Assembly: GCF_039654945.1 (NCBI RefSeq)
Contig: NW_027361875.1
Location: 1 to 64,000, forward strand
Origin: Dendrobates tinctorius
Lineage: Eukaryota
Direction of reading: 5' to 3'
Length of the DNA stretch: 64,000 nucleotides
Below are positions 13,210 to 26,506 of the stretch, in pieces. The translations under genes and the position numbers were made by a program. The notes below the pieces were generated by a model. It had not been told where the DNA came from. It worked only from the letters and a program-made list of their open reading frames with translations, and did no database searches. Positions within the stretch are counted from its first letter, which is position 1; every line of letters begins with the position of its first letter.

Positions 13210-15331
13210 CATATATATTGTACAGCCTGATCTTGCCAGGTAGTAGCACCATGAGGTGAAACAAAATACTGGGTGAACACATCACGTACTTTGAGTCCTG
13301 AGAGAGGACGCCGTAAAGGGAGCACACGTGGCCTAGGTATATCCCCATTGTCCACCACACCTTCAGTCACATCAGATGAGGAGCAATCATGCAGTCTAGT
13401 GAAGTTATGGAGGACCACACAAGCTTTGATGACCTAATTGACGGCTTCACTCAGCTGAATGGCAGACTGGAGGACACGTCATTTAGCACAAAGAATGCCG
13501 AAGGCGCACTTCACCAGTCTTCGGGCACGTGAAAGGCGCACATTAAATATCCTGCGCCGGTGGTCAAGGTTTCTGCGCGGGTATGGCCTAATGACATGCC
13601 TGGTCAATTTGGAAGGCTTCATCCCCCACTAGGACATAAGGCACCACTTCTTGATTTGAGCCTGGCAGCTGACGTGGTGGTGGTAGGTCCAACTGGTTAT
13701 TGCGCAGCTGCCGACCCATAATGGAAGAATTTTAGACTCGGGAGTCTCCAGTTCTTCCATAAGCCCCAATGTCTACAATTATAAACCTGTAGTTACTGTC
13801 AACCAGAGCCAACAAAACTACAGAAAAATATTGTTTATAATTATAGAATTGAGATCCTGAGTTCGGCGGCTTACGCACATGGATGTGTTTCCCATGCAGG
13901 GCTCCAATACAATTGGGGAATTGGCAGTACAACTCAAATCCCCTGGCAATCCTCAACCGGTCTCCCATCTTGGGCTCTGGCATGACCAGATGATGAATTC
14001 TGGACCAGATTTCTGAACATGTAGCACGAACGATGCCAGATATTGTCGATCGCCCAATCAAAAACTCTAGATGGAGTGCGGCATAAGGGCCCCGTCACAC
14101 ATAGCGACGCACCAGCGATCCCGACAACGATATGACCTTGTCAGGATCGCTGGTTTGTCGCTACATGATCGCTGGTGAGCAGCCAAACAGGCAGCTTCAC
14201 CAGCGATCAGCACCAGCGACACGCGGGTAACAAGCGACGCACGTCACTTAGTTACCCACTGTGTACCTTAGTTACCAGCGCGCTGGTGCAGGGAGCTGGT
14301 AACCAAGGTACATATCGGGTTTCTAAGCGGCGCGTGGCACTTAGAAACCCGGTGTATACTTTGGTTACCAGCTCCCTGCACCAGCACGCTGGTAACTAAG
14401 GTACACATCGGGTTTCTAAGCGCTGCGCGCCGCTTAGAAACCCGATGTGTACCTTAGTTACCAGCACCAGCTCACTGATCGCTGGTCTCCCGCCTGTCAC
14501 ACGCAGCGATGTGTGCTGGCCAGCGGGAGACCAGCGACCCCAAAAATGTCCAGGGCTTTCCAGGACGATTAGCGATACCCAGCAGGGGGGCCGGTCGCTG
14601 GTACGTGTCACACACAGCGATCTCGATGGTGAGATTGCTGTTGCGTCACAAAACTTGTGACTCAGCAGCAATCTCGCTAGCGAGATCGCTGTGTGTGACG
14701 GGGGCTTAAAAAAGGCCAGCTGTGAGGAACCTACAATTAAACAAATGTAGATAATATATACATTAATACATGCTAAAGGATGCACACATTACATATAGAT
14801 CAGCAGAACAGTGTGTAAGAAGCTTGGTGAACAATACATATATACATGTACCACGACTATGTAATGTGGAATAACACATCAAAGTCTTCTAAGTTTTAGA
14901 GCATATATTTGGTACCAATTCATAATGTTACTCGGCCAAAAAGGTGTTACTGAGTAAGAGAATTCTTTGGGAAACTAATCATCTACATACATTCTGTAGC
15001 TGAGGAATACATACCGTAACATAAGGAGAAGGCGCTCCTCCGCAGAGATACATTTGCACATCCGGGTGTCCTGGAAGGTGATCCCTGGGCGCACTGTCTC
15101 CAACAAAACATCAAAGGTAGAAACGGTCATCCGACAATAGAGGAAAAACTTGTCGGGATCTGTCCTCAGAGCTGCATAAAGCCTGTGAAAATGGCCTTTA
15201 TTGAGGCGTTGTCTCAAATGCGGATGCACCCACATTCGTCTCCTCCTCCTCGGATCCACAATCACGGGGTATGGCTGGCCAAAGCGCCAGGACAAAACCC
15301 AGTTGAACAGAACACGGTCAGTTGGGGTGAA
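13210..15331 (-). pseudogene. Harbinger (HARBI1-like) DDE transposase, 2 exons, disrupted
   Basis: Exon 1 ends ISAEERLLLMLR. GT-AG intron 15014-14731. Exon 2 reads FLTAGLFYAALHLEFLIGRSTISGIV once the MITE is removed, then FPNCIGALHGKHI and FYNYKQYFSVVLLALVD. Premature stop at 13732. Confidence 0.88.
14087..14706. mobile_element. Harbinger-type MITE inserted in transposase exon 2
   Basis: TIR GGGCCCCGTCACAC and TAA duplication. Internal alternating inverted repeats GGTAACTAAGGTACACATCGGGTTTCTAAG. Confidence 0.85.
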
Positions 15332-15937
15332 CTGAAGTGTGTCTGACATGTTTGCCAACAACCACCAATACACCAACACAAGCACAGCACCAAAATGGGC
15401 AGATTGGAGGCTGCCACCTGATGTTGAGGCGATAAATAGGGTTAATGCTGATGATTTGAATTATGTGCAGGCCTCAAAAACGTTAAATGTCCATTTTGCA
15501 AAGTTACGAGAAAAAATCGCTATACGGATCACATACGGATTACATATGGATGCTTACATGAGAAAAACATGCGGCCACACCCTGACAACGGATGACATAC
15601 GGATCACTATTTAGGGACCATTTATGCGTAGTACGGCAGTACAATATGGTCCGTATTTTTCGACGTTGTGTGTGACTCCAGCCTAATTCATTTCTTTACA
15701 CTTTTCCACACATTTTTTGCAGCTTTGTTTACGACAATGTCAGGTTTGGTGTAAAATGCATCAAAAACGTGACATTTCACTTTTTTATTTTTCTGCTCCA
15801 AAATCCACATTAAAAACTGCTCCAAATACTCCTTAAATAACCTAATATTGCTTTCAATGGTTAATCCACATTGCTGGTGATACAACAGGTTGTTTTCCGA
15901 CAAGGTTTTGAAAACTGTGCCACGAAAAAAACATAAA

Positions 15938-17148
15938 GGGTGTGTGCACACGTTGCGGATTCTGCTGCAGATCCGCAGCGCTTTTGGTCCTGCGGATCTG
16001 CAGCAGTTTCAGCTGTGGTGAACAGTACCATTATAATCAATGGAAAATGGAATCCGCAGTGTCCACGGTGTGGAATTTTCCACGCGGATTTGCTGCAGTT
16101 TCAAATCCGCAGAATGTCAATTCTTTGTGCGGATTCCGCTGCAGTTTGGCACCTGCTCCAAGGCAGGTGTCAAACCGCAGGTTAATCCGCAGAAAATCCG
16201 CAGATAAACCGCAGGTGTTGTGAACTCTCTTAATCCGACATTTGAGGCAAGGCTCCCTCTGGTGGATACTGCTGGTAGTGGAGCTGGTCAACATGATGTT
16301 AACCCAACAGCTGCAGAAGATAATTGGAGGAGTGGGGGTAGTGACAGAGACTACATAAGCGAGCAGACTTCTCTCAGTGGCTGCCGGTGATACACCTTTC
16401 TTTCCTTATTGAGGATTTCTGTCTCCTGCCTGATCCTGCATTTTTCAGCTAAGTGTCATTTGCTAAACCCTTTGCATATGATTTTGCCTTGCTGTCAGGG
16501 GTCAGCTTGCTCCCCCAGAGGCTGCTGACTCCTGCCCTGTATTTTTGTATCTTGTGTTTGTTTGCTCAGTCCCCTGCTGTATTAGCCTATTGCTAGCTGC
16601 CAGTTCACACCTGAGTGCTGATATAGTGGGGGCGAGGTTTGTGCAAACCTCAGTATTTTTGTACATCAGTCGTGTTGGAATTGTTAGGGTTTTAGCGTGA
16701 TTGTAGACAGTGCCTTTTCTGTTCTGTCCTATCTAGTCAGTGTGGGCCCCATCATTTGCTCAGCCTATTTTCTGTCTGTGTTTGTGCTTCATCTTGTCTC
16801 ACCGACAGTCTATGTTTGGGGGCTGTCTATTCCTTTGGGGATCTGCTCCGGGGCAGTTTAGATTTCACCTTTCTGTCTTTAGGCTTAGTTAGTCCTCCCG
16901 CTGTGGCGAGGCGTCTAGGGCAACGTAGGAACGCTCCACGGCTACTGCTAGTTGTGTTGTTAAGATCAGGGGTCTGCAATCCGCTGAGTGACCAACCTCT
17001 CTGGTGTTCTGGTGGCAGAGCCTATTGCGCTCTCCTCCTTGGTGACCCATTCATAACACGCAGGTCTTTTAACCTGCGGTTTTACCTGCAGATTTACACA
17101 AATCCGTGCGGAAAATTCCGCAGCACAATCCGCAGTGTGTGTTCACCC
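15938..17148. mobile_element. Harbinger-like MITE rich in TGCGGATT/AATCCGCA repeats, interrupted by a solo LTR
   Basis: Degenerate TIR GGGTGTGTGCACACGTTGCGGATT versus AATCCGCAGTGTGTGTTCACCC. Confidence 0.6.
16216..17058. mobile_element. Solo LTR (843 bp)
   Basis: TGTTGTGAA...TTCATAACA termini flanked by the direct repeat CGCAGG (16210-16215 and 17059-17064). Confidence 0.8.
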
Positions 17149-18195
17149 GTATATTCCTTGTGAAATCTCCTCCAAGCTCGATTCCTCTTTCAAAAAAAAA
17201 AAAAGAAAAATGAAAAAAAAACCCAGTGTGAACATTCCGTTAGCACAAACATGGATTCCATCACGCCCCCAGTTATCAGTATCGGAACACCGGTATCTCT
17301 TTATCTACTGATGGACCCCCGAATGTGACAGCGTCAATAATACTTTCATAAATAGATTAAATGCATATTTGATAATTAATTGATGTATGCAGCTGACATT
17401 ATTAATCCAATGATCTGCATCTCATACAATCGTCTGTTTCCTCCGTTATACAAACATTTATGAGAGCTATCCGCCACTTACAGAAGTACCAATCATCTTG
17501 CAATTCTGGGCATTCGTCCCACTTAGAGAAAAAAAAAAACCCCTCCTTAGCATTGCAAATTGTCCTCGAGTTCTTAGCAATTTGTTGAAAGGCTCTGTAT
17601 ACTGCCGAAAATGAAAAGTTTCTTTCTTTCTCCGCATGTAATTTGCAGCTCGGCCTCATTAAACATTTCATTGCTCACGGGTTGATCTGAAATAACTGGC
17701 GGATCGATTTACAAGACTTGTTTTTCTAAAAATACCGTGCAAAGGGAAACGTAATATTTCGGTGCTTATAGTAAGGCCTATCGGGGTGCGTTGACATCGG
17801 CATAGCTTTCTCATTTTTAACTCTTGTAACTTCAAGGAAATAAAAAATATAATGAAAAGCGACTAATCGTTTTAAATAGAGCTTCTATGCTTTGCTAAAC
17901 AGCATTGTGCTCGGGTGCATTGACAACTGGCACTAATGTTTTCTGAAGTGCACGTCTAATCCGTGTCTGAAATCCTAACAAGTCTTATTTATCTACTTCC
18001 AGCGCAATTGGCTTTTTTTTTTTTTTTTTTAATGAATCCAATAACTTACCGGACCTTTATCTAATTTAAGCTTATCTAATAATATTCCACAATAGAAAAT
18101 AAAATTATGATTAAAGTCTAGATAAATAAATGGAGCAAGATTGCCTGCAGGATAAAGTGTAATGGGGGGTGTATAGATCTCAACAAAGTTGTTAA

Positions 18196-18800
18196 AGAGG
18201 TGGTCCAAAGTCCAAAGTAATTTTCCTTCTAAATCCTTATATATTTAGGGCTATAATCTAAACTATTTCTAATATACTTGAATTAAAAATTCACCTACCT
18301 TTGTTTTTTTCTTCACTTCCTGTCTGATGATGCTTTATTTGAGAATCGCAATGCATGCTGGGATACTCAAAAGAAGTATCTTCAGAGGGCAGAGGCTGAG
18401 GTATCTGCCACAGTCTCTGCCTGCTCCCTGAAACGAAGTGTCATCAGTGACGCTTATTTCAGGTGTTGGGCTAGTCCCTGCGCTATGTGTACTGTACGAT
18501 GTGCACAATGACAGCGCACTCTCTCACCGCTAGCTCAGATCAGCAATAATGAGCCAGCAACAGAGCGCAGTGTCAGAATACCCTGCATGCAGACCAGCGC
18601 CACCCCCGCAAGTGATGTCACTGGTCTATGCACGCTGGGCATCCTATCAATGCTCTCTGTTGCCAGCTTATTACTGCTGATCTAAGCTAGCGGTGAGAGA
18701 GTGCGCTGTCATTGTGCACATCATGACCAGCCCCTGAAACGAGCGTCACTAATGACACTTTGTTTTAGGGAGGACGCAGAGGCTGTGACAGTGACTACAG
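18196..18800. mobile_element. T2-like MITE with long internal palindrome, right end lost or obscured
   Basis: Starts TTAA-AGAGG. Arms about 18499-18570 and 18650-18721 are reverse complements. Confidence 0.6.
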
Positions 18801-21219
18801 TCGGATTACAGAGTTTTTGTTACCTAAATACATGGATAAAAAAAATGATTTCTGTAATTGAGCTTCATTAAAAATGTTAAATAGTTGAGCTTCTACAGCC
18901 TCTATGTATCACAGTACATAACAGAATGAGCTATAAGTTAACCTGTCATATACAGTATAACATATACAAATTATGCTCACCTTATCAATCTTCTCATACT
19001 GTGGTAACAATTTCCCAGCAGTCTCTGTATACTTGTGCTGCTGCTTATTTTGCCCCATATAGTGCATGAGCATTAGGGTCCATGCAGAGGTCCGTGGATC
19101 TCAGTCCAAGCATGGACCGCAATGTACAGACTGTCCATGGGTCTCACAATCTGAACTCGGCAGCATCATAAATGAATATGAGGTTGACAAGTTCAGGTTA
19201 GGACACTTGTGGATAGACCATATGTTGCAGTCCCAGCTCAGACCAAGATCCAGGGACCTCTGCATGAACATTTACTGGATACAATTGCAATTAGGGTGCA
19301 GACAGACGGCCGTATAAATCGGAATGAGATCAGACCGGAATGCATGGAATGGCCGACGTCTCTCTTGAACAGTGTGACAGCTGCATAGAAATACATGGAA
19401 CGATCACATTCTGGTCGGGAGAGCAATGTATCAGTGGTCAGATTGATGAGCTATGCCAGTCAGTTGTGGAAGCAGGGTTATATAGATTAGCTGGACTGCC
19501 ATACACATGAGAATTAGTCCAGTAGTGATAATCTCCTTCTAATAAAACACTGATTGTATTGCAAACTACAACACACAGCGTAATAAGTGACACATCTGCA
19601 ATCAGGCTCTCTTGCCCTATATTATGTTGCTCTCAGAATAAATAGCATAAACCTGTTAACAGATTCCCTTTAATGTTGATGAAAAAAGTGTGCAGTAAAA
19701 AGGTTACTTTGGGATAAGGCTCCGCTAAGTGCAATAAATTGCATACACAACTATTCTGTAGTATATTGTCATATGCTTTCCTTCTTTTCCTGTGTTTTTT
19801 ACAAAACACCTATAATAAGCATGGTCTATAGCTTCCCCAATCCTCTAAAACTGTTTTTTTGGGCTCATACCAGTCCAACACATCGAGAAACCTTGTCATT
19901 CCAACTTGCATACAACTCCATTTCAGTGAATGGTTTTTGTTAATCAACATTCTCCCAGCACTATAGGTGCTGGAACTTCATTTCCCTAACTCCTATATTG
20001 CATTGTCATTGTCCAATGTTTTTCCTATTCTGACCTGAAAGTCCACCACTGTTATGCCTTATGTAATATGACCAACAATAGATACTCACCCTCCTGTCCA
20101 GCGTTTTGCCAGATGATTGCCACCGGTGTACTCTTTACATTGGCTGCACACCACACAGACTGTATAAAGCACATAATTGCTGCAGCCAATCATTGACCTA
20201 ATCAAGATACTACTGTGGTAAGTTATTGGCTGCAATGGTCACATGTGGTATATGAGCTATTACATCAGAAGCCAATGTGAGCAATATACCAGAGGGGCAC
20301 ATCAGGGACACAGGGTGGCAATGGATGGCGAGTATATATTATTTAGCTATTTTAGCAATATTACGGCCTGTGGGCAGCTTTTTTTTTACTCAACTTGGAC
20401 AACCCCTTTAAATAGTGTTTTGCAGATTGTCTATGTAGCACATTATCTACTGAGTGAGTTGAGGTTTTCAGAGAGTAAAGCGATCGTTAAGCCATATTAT
20501 TTTACATCTTTGACCCCGCAGAGTATTAGATTTATAATATTCTGCCATATGTTAATGCGGACGTAGAATTGTATTTATAGCACCGTGATCCTAATAATTT
20601 TCGATCTCTTCCCTGGATAGATATTCTGTCCTACTGACAGTGTTGGCTAGGAGTTTCCCAACCCAACCAGTGTTTTGGATGGCATCCAGCATTATGTTAT
20701 TTGCTCATCCTAAAATGATGTCCGCTATGTATGTGGGATGAGGATATCGGCTCCGGGGTTAGGACACACAATATCAGAAATGCAATACAAGTTTATCTAG
20801 TGATAGTAGTTCTGACTTCTGGATTGGATCCCAGCACGGACTTGGCAGCAGTCAATGACTTTCTGAACTTCAATGGAAATTCAATGTATTTATCCAGTTG
20901 CGGGATTTCTATTCTTTGTTCCTGATAGATGCCATGGAAACATTGCACTAAAACAACTAAATAACACAAAAAAAACTATTTTAAAGATTGCAAAACAGTA
21001 ACTACAATACAATACCGTGGATATGGCACAACTGTGCTATCTTTGTGATGTTTAGGTCATTATTTTGATAGGGTCAATTCTCACAGTGCAAATTTCAGTA
21101 TATGGGTTTTTCCCAAAGACGATTAGGGAAAATAAATGCAATATTAATATTATTTATTGTATTGTGATGATTAGGTGAAAAGGGGATATATAATTAATAT
21201 ATACGTAAAATAAAGTAAA

Positions 21220-22445
21220 CTAATGCTGATAGACTAGTACAGAGGGGGAGAGGATTCTGCCCTCCAGGCTTTCAATTTTTTAAGTAATGGGGAAGGAGAC
21301 AGTAGGTCCAGGGATTGGAGCACCTCTGGTGGTGGCAGTGACGTTATTGCAGATCTTCCTGGTCAGATGTGTTTTCAGGTTGCGTCTGAAGGTTCCTAAT
21401 GTGGGAGATAAATCGGATTTGCTGATGCACTGAATTTTAGAGTCTGGGGGAAGCTCAGAAAAAGTCAGGTTGGGCTAGGAATGTACGAGAGTGGAGAAGT
21501 GAAGGAGGCCTTATAAGGAGATATATGAAGGAGGCAGATTATGGATGGCTGTCATAAATGGAATTATAAATTATACAGATCAAAGGCTGGGGGCATTGGA
21601 TCACTGCCTGCACCACCCACTATGAAAAGGTAATTGAAGCAGGTTATCTGACAGAGTGCAGGCATGGAGTGAGTATACAAGTGGAAGGGAAAGAAGTGCT
21701 AATCAATTAAAGGTGAAGATATCTGCCTGCCCAAAAGAAGAAGGTATGGCTCCATAGAGACCTCACATGACAATGGAATTATAATATTTTCCATACTCTA
21801 TCTAGAAAATCCAAGTTTAACACAATCCATTGATATATCCATCATCAGGGGAACATATTTGCATCTGTGGGTAAAATTGCAAACATTTTGGTAGCAGGCA
21901 ACCCACAGAATCGCAGTAAGTCCGTGAATGATGGATATATCTTATTCGTGTGTGGTATGTATAGAATGCTTGAAGGATGTTCAGTAGGATGACGGCCATA
22001 TTGTTTCTCAAAGAGGTTCCTGGGAGAAAATATGACCAACGACAGAACTATGGCATAAAACTGGATTAGAATCGACTCTAATCAGCTGTGTGTCATGAGC
22101 AAGTGGTGTTCAGGACAAGTTGGAGGAAGCGTTATTGCGGTTTCCTGACAATGGCCTTATAAGTCAGTGTTAGTAGTTTAAACTGGATTAGGACTCGTGA
22201 AGGAAGAGGTGGACTGATCGGGCAGCGGAGTTAAGGTGTGCAAGAGAGTTTGTGAGGCCACAGAAGAGGATATTGCAGTAGTCGAGGCAGGAGATGATGA
22301 GGGCATGCACTAACATTTTAGCATGTTCGGTGTTGAGGAGATGACAAAGTCTGGAAATATTTTTGCGTTGGGGAGACAGGAGGTGGTGAATGCTTGGATG
22401 TGCAGTTTGAGGGCCAGAGCAGAGTCAAGGGTTACACCAAGATTT
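21220..22445 (-). mobile_element. Old fragmented L2 LINE 3' region
   Basis: LGVTLDSALALKLHIQA and an LVHALIISCLDYCN-like segment near 22270-22445. Similar to the plus-strand L2 at 42413. Confidence 0.6.
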
Positions 22446-23575
22446 GTGATACCAAGGAAAATGTGATAACTGTAGGGGGGTTGTGTAAGATGGGAAAGGA
22501 TTATGAGCAGCATGCTCATTGTGCCACAATTTTGCCACAGATGTCAAATTTGTAATCCTAAACCCCACCTTTATAGGAATTTGCTGGAGCCTCTGGATGT
22601 GCGGCAGAGGGCCCACTCAGCTATATAGAAACCCTATGAGCTTACTACAACTCCATACAAAATACAGTCATGGTTATGAGCCCCATTATAGTCCAGGGTG
22701 ATCAACTGAGTAATAAGTATTCTGATCATAGTGATATATTCCTCAAGTCACCAGTGGCCATCACCAGTGGCCATCACCTCTGGGTAGTAGCTTTCACTAG
22801 GAATTGTCTCCACTATGTATGAACATAATTGAGGGGCCGATACACAGGTTATGCTGGGTCACTGCACTCCCTCCAGATAAAAAGAATTAGGCAAAGCAAT
22901 GCTTGTAAGTATACAGTTAGGGCTCCTTTTATCACCATCAATGCTGAGGGAGATGTCCTGTCTTTAAAGTACAATTAGGACCCCCTCGCAATTCTTGAAC
23001 AGGTGCCCGCTTCACTCTATAACCACCTCTTATAGAAAAAGGGGCTCAATTATTTAGGAAATGAAGGAACACTTGTGACTGCAAATCTAACTGAAGAGTT
23101 TTGCTTGATATGATGGAGGCAGTTTCTGCACTTTCCCCACAATTCCTGGTCTAGATTTAGATACCCGGTATCTGTTCTGGTATGTTTAGCCTTGTCCATT
23201 TTAAATAAACTGTATTGCTTTGAGAAATCTGAAGTTTAGTTTTCCTGGGAACAGAGAAAATACAGGAAGTTAAACAATCACTTACAAACACAATAGAATT
23301 AAGACTATAACCTCAAATTTCCTGTGTGGTCTCAGACATTGGCAAATGTATGGCTCTGTCACTTATGGTATGTATATTTAATGTCTATATTCTACATTTA
23401 CACGCAGAAAAGACATACTGTAATATGTAAACGGGAAAATACATTGTAGTTATACATATTGTGAGAAGTTGACTCACTCAGCTGCTTCCAAAGGTAGACA
23501 CAGTAACGCTTCTTGTGGTAAATTATCTGCTGGTTTATTGTGGAACAGCATAAACTATAGCAGGGTTCAGCAAAG

Positions 23576-24550
23576 CAGGGGCATAACTACCGGGGTCGCA
23601 GGGGTTGCAGCTGCGACGGGCCCGGAGTGATTAGGGACCCGCCCCGGGCGCAGCCAGCAGGGGAGTGCAGTCGGGCTGCCTAATGCGGCGGTCCGCAGTG
23701 TCTCCCCCCGGCGGCTGCATTCTGCCGCTACCCGGACTGGGAGTCGGATGTTCTCTGTGCCAGGTGTCAAGCTGACAGCCGCACAGAGAAGCTGCGGTGC
23801 ACTGACTCCCAGTGATGGTAGGAACTAGAATGGAGTTGATTTTTTGAGGTGATGATGTCACCGGAAGGGGCGGGTCCTCCTTCAGTCCAGTGAGACTCCC
23901 ATAGCAGAAAGCTGCGCTGGAGAAGCTGGATATGAAGGGCTTTATCTTGGAGCTGTGTGAGGAGAGGACCAAGGGGCTGCATCATGGACCCTTGTACAAA
24001 TGAGATTGAGGAGCAGGACTCGGTGTGAGTGCTCTGAGGATGTATTTTGGAAAGAGGTTGATGTTACTTGAGTGGGTCTGCAAAGGAAAGATGATGATGA
24101 GGGGCTGTGTGGGGAATAGAGGAGATAATGAGGGTCTGTGTGGGGAAGGGGAGGATGATGAGGGTCTGTGTGCGGAATGGACGATAATGAGAGGCTGTGT
24201 GAGAAGGGTGGATGATTAGGGGCTGTGGGGAGAAGGGGGATGAAAAGGGGCTGTGTGGGGAATTGGGGGATGATGAGGGGCTGTGTGGAGAATGGGGGAT
24301 GATGAGGGGCTGTGTTGGGAAAGGGGGGATTTAATATGTGTGGGGGAGATTTGAGAACACAAAATGAGCAAAAGGAGAGATGCAGAGCATGTATGAGGAA
24401 ACAGAACTATAATGACACTTCTATCTATAAGGGCATCATGTGGAGATTTTCTACAGAAGATTGGAGAAGTCTGCAGAGATGAGCTGTGGATGAGAAAACT
24501 CATCATGGGGTCTAGACAAGATGAAGAAAAGAAGCAGAAGGACTCCAGAG
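23576..24550. mobile_element. Unclassified non-autonomous element with internal about 29-bp minisatellite (24090-24330)
   Basis: GC-rich terminus CAGGGGCATAACTAC and tandem GATGATGAGGGGCTGTGTGGGGAA units. The other end is not seen. Confidence 0.45.
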
Positions 24551-25403
24551 ACGGGTGCAAGACACTGTGGCTTGTACGCCACTCCAGGTCTCCGTCTAAC
24601 CATTAAACGACCAGGTGTTGGGCATATCTGAAAATTATACTCATCAGAGAAGATTACTTTACTCAAGTCCTCTATGGTCCAATCCTTATGGTCTTTGGCA
24701 AACTTCAGCCTGGCTCCTTTGCTTCTCATTGATAAAAGGCTTTTTTCTAGTTTTACATGACTTGAGCCTTTCTTCTAGGAGCCTGTTACGAACTATTCTT
24801 GCCATGCACTTCACCCCAGCTGCCATTTGCCATTCCTTTTGTAGGTCACTTGATGTCATCCTGCGGTTGTTGAGTGACATTCGAATAAGATAACGGTCAT
24901 CTCAGTCAGTGGAGAGTCGTTTTCGGCCTCTGCTGGTCTGTAGCTTTGTTGTCCCCAATTTCTGCTGCTTGACCTTGTTGTAATGGACTGCCGTCTTAGA
25001 AATTTGAAGGATTGAGGCAACATGACGCTCACTGTATCCCTCTGCTAGGAAAGCCAGAATTGAGCCCTTCTTTTCCTCACGCAAGACATTTCTTTTCAAC
25101 TCCTTTCGCATGCCTAAAAGTTATTTTTTCATTCCTATTACTTTGGGATATTACTAGCACTTGTTTTGCCTTCTAGCTAGTCCTATTGCAAGAGGATTGT
25201 GAACACCACAGCAGGGTTTTTTATACTTTCCTTCATTAAATAAGATTTGGTTCAGGTGATCACCTAATCAGAAACACATTAAGTAGAATGAGGTGTACTC
25301 TGGTTGGAATTTAACTGACACTGGAATGGAATGGCTGTCAGACATGTAGAGAAGCTGATTTTTATAAAACTGTGCAGTGGTCTCTTAATTTTTGCCAGAG
25401 CTA
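24551..25403 (-). mobile_element. Tc1 5' portion (same family as 1684-2700), abutting a (TA)n tract
   Basis: ELKRNVLREEKKGSILAFL and KVIFSDEYNF. TIR at about 25360-25403. Confidence 0.85.
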
Positions 25404-25413
25404 TATATACACA

Positions 25414-25465
<52 letters not shown>

Positions 25466-26506
25466 CCGTGGGGGTTTCAGCAGCTCTCTGGTACCTGTGT
25501 GGATACACACAGGAACAGGGTATTTATATCTAACAGGATAAAGTTTATTCTCCTTCACAAACTTTACACCTCCAAAATGAAAACCGCCTTTCTTCAGCAC
25601 AAATGAATAACAAAAGAGTCCTCTTTCCAGGTGAGCAAACTAAACCCCACGGTCTCAACAACTTGGTATTACAGGAATCTCTCAGGCAGCAGTACAGACT
25701 ATCCACCAGCTCTTTCTCCAGCCTCGGTAAACTTCCGGCCATGTTCTGACTAGACGTGTCCAGCCTCTCTCAATACACTTGCATTGAGCGAGGACGCGCA
25801 CGTCTAGTCAGCACATGACCGCATGTTTGCAAATTGTATACTTGCGTTCATGCACCCGCCAGCAACGGAGAATCCTCACAGAATGCAGTGTGCAAAAAGT
25901 AAGGACTCACAAGTCTACAGTCAAATAGCCGCCCAAGGTTGGACAACAACTTTAAAAAGAGTATCGCAGTTCGGGGTCATCAAACAGTCTGTAAATGTTC
26001 ATTTTCCATTATTGGGAAATTAAGCTTTCAGTAGGTTGGTAGCCTCCTTTTACAACCAGAAGTGTGAAATATTATTGCAAACTGTATAAGATCTGAGAAA
26101 ATTCTGTGAATATTTATGGGAGTCTCCCGTAGTCTCAAATTCTCTCATATATATCATCAATTATGAGCCAAAAAGCCAAAAATGATCACCTTCTATACCC
26201 ATTGTGCTTGTACCTCTTGTCAGTGGCAAGATATGACAAGTCTCTGGCTCACTGTTCACACTTGTCTTTGGTAAGCCAATAAGCCATGTCGCTTATCATT
26301 AGCGCAGTTTTCCTTCCTTGTTTATAGCGCATTTATTGAAATTTCTAATAGCACAAAATTACCCAATAGATTTCCTGAATATATGGTTATGGAACTTATG
26401 GGATCTACGGGAGGCCTCCACACCCTGCTGGTAATATCTATGTGCAGAGGGTGTCATGAATTTTCTTTCCCTAAAGAGGAACTTTACATGACAGATACAG
26501 CTTATA

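Larger units (their letters stand above)
10973..15683. mobile_element. Full-length PIF/Harbinger DNA transposon with two convergent genes
   Basis: TIR GGCTGGCGTCACAC / GTGTGACTCCAGCC with TAA target duplication on both sides. Carries a MADF gene (+) and a DDE transposase gene (-). Confidence 0.9.
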
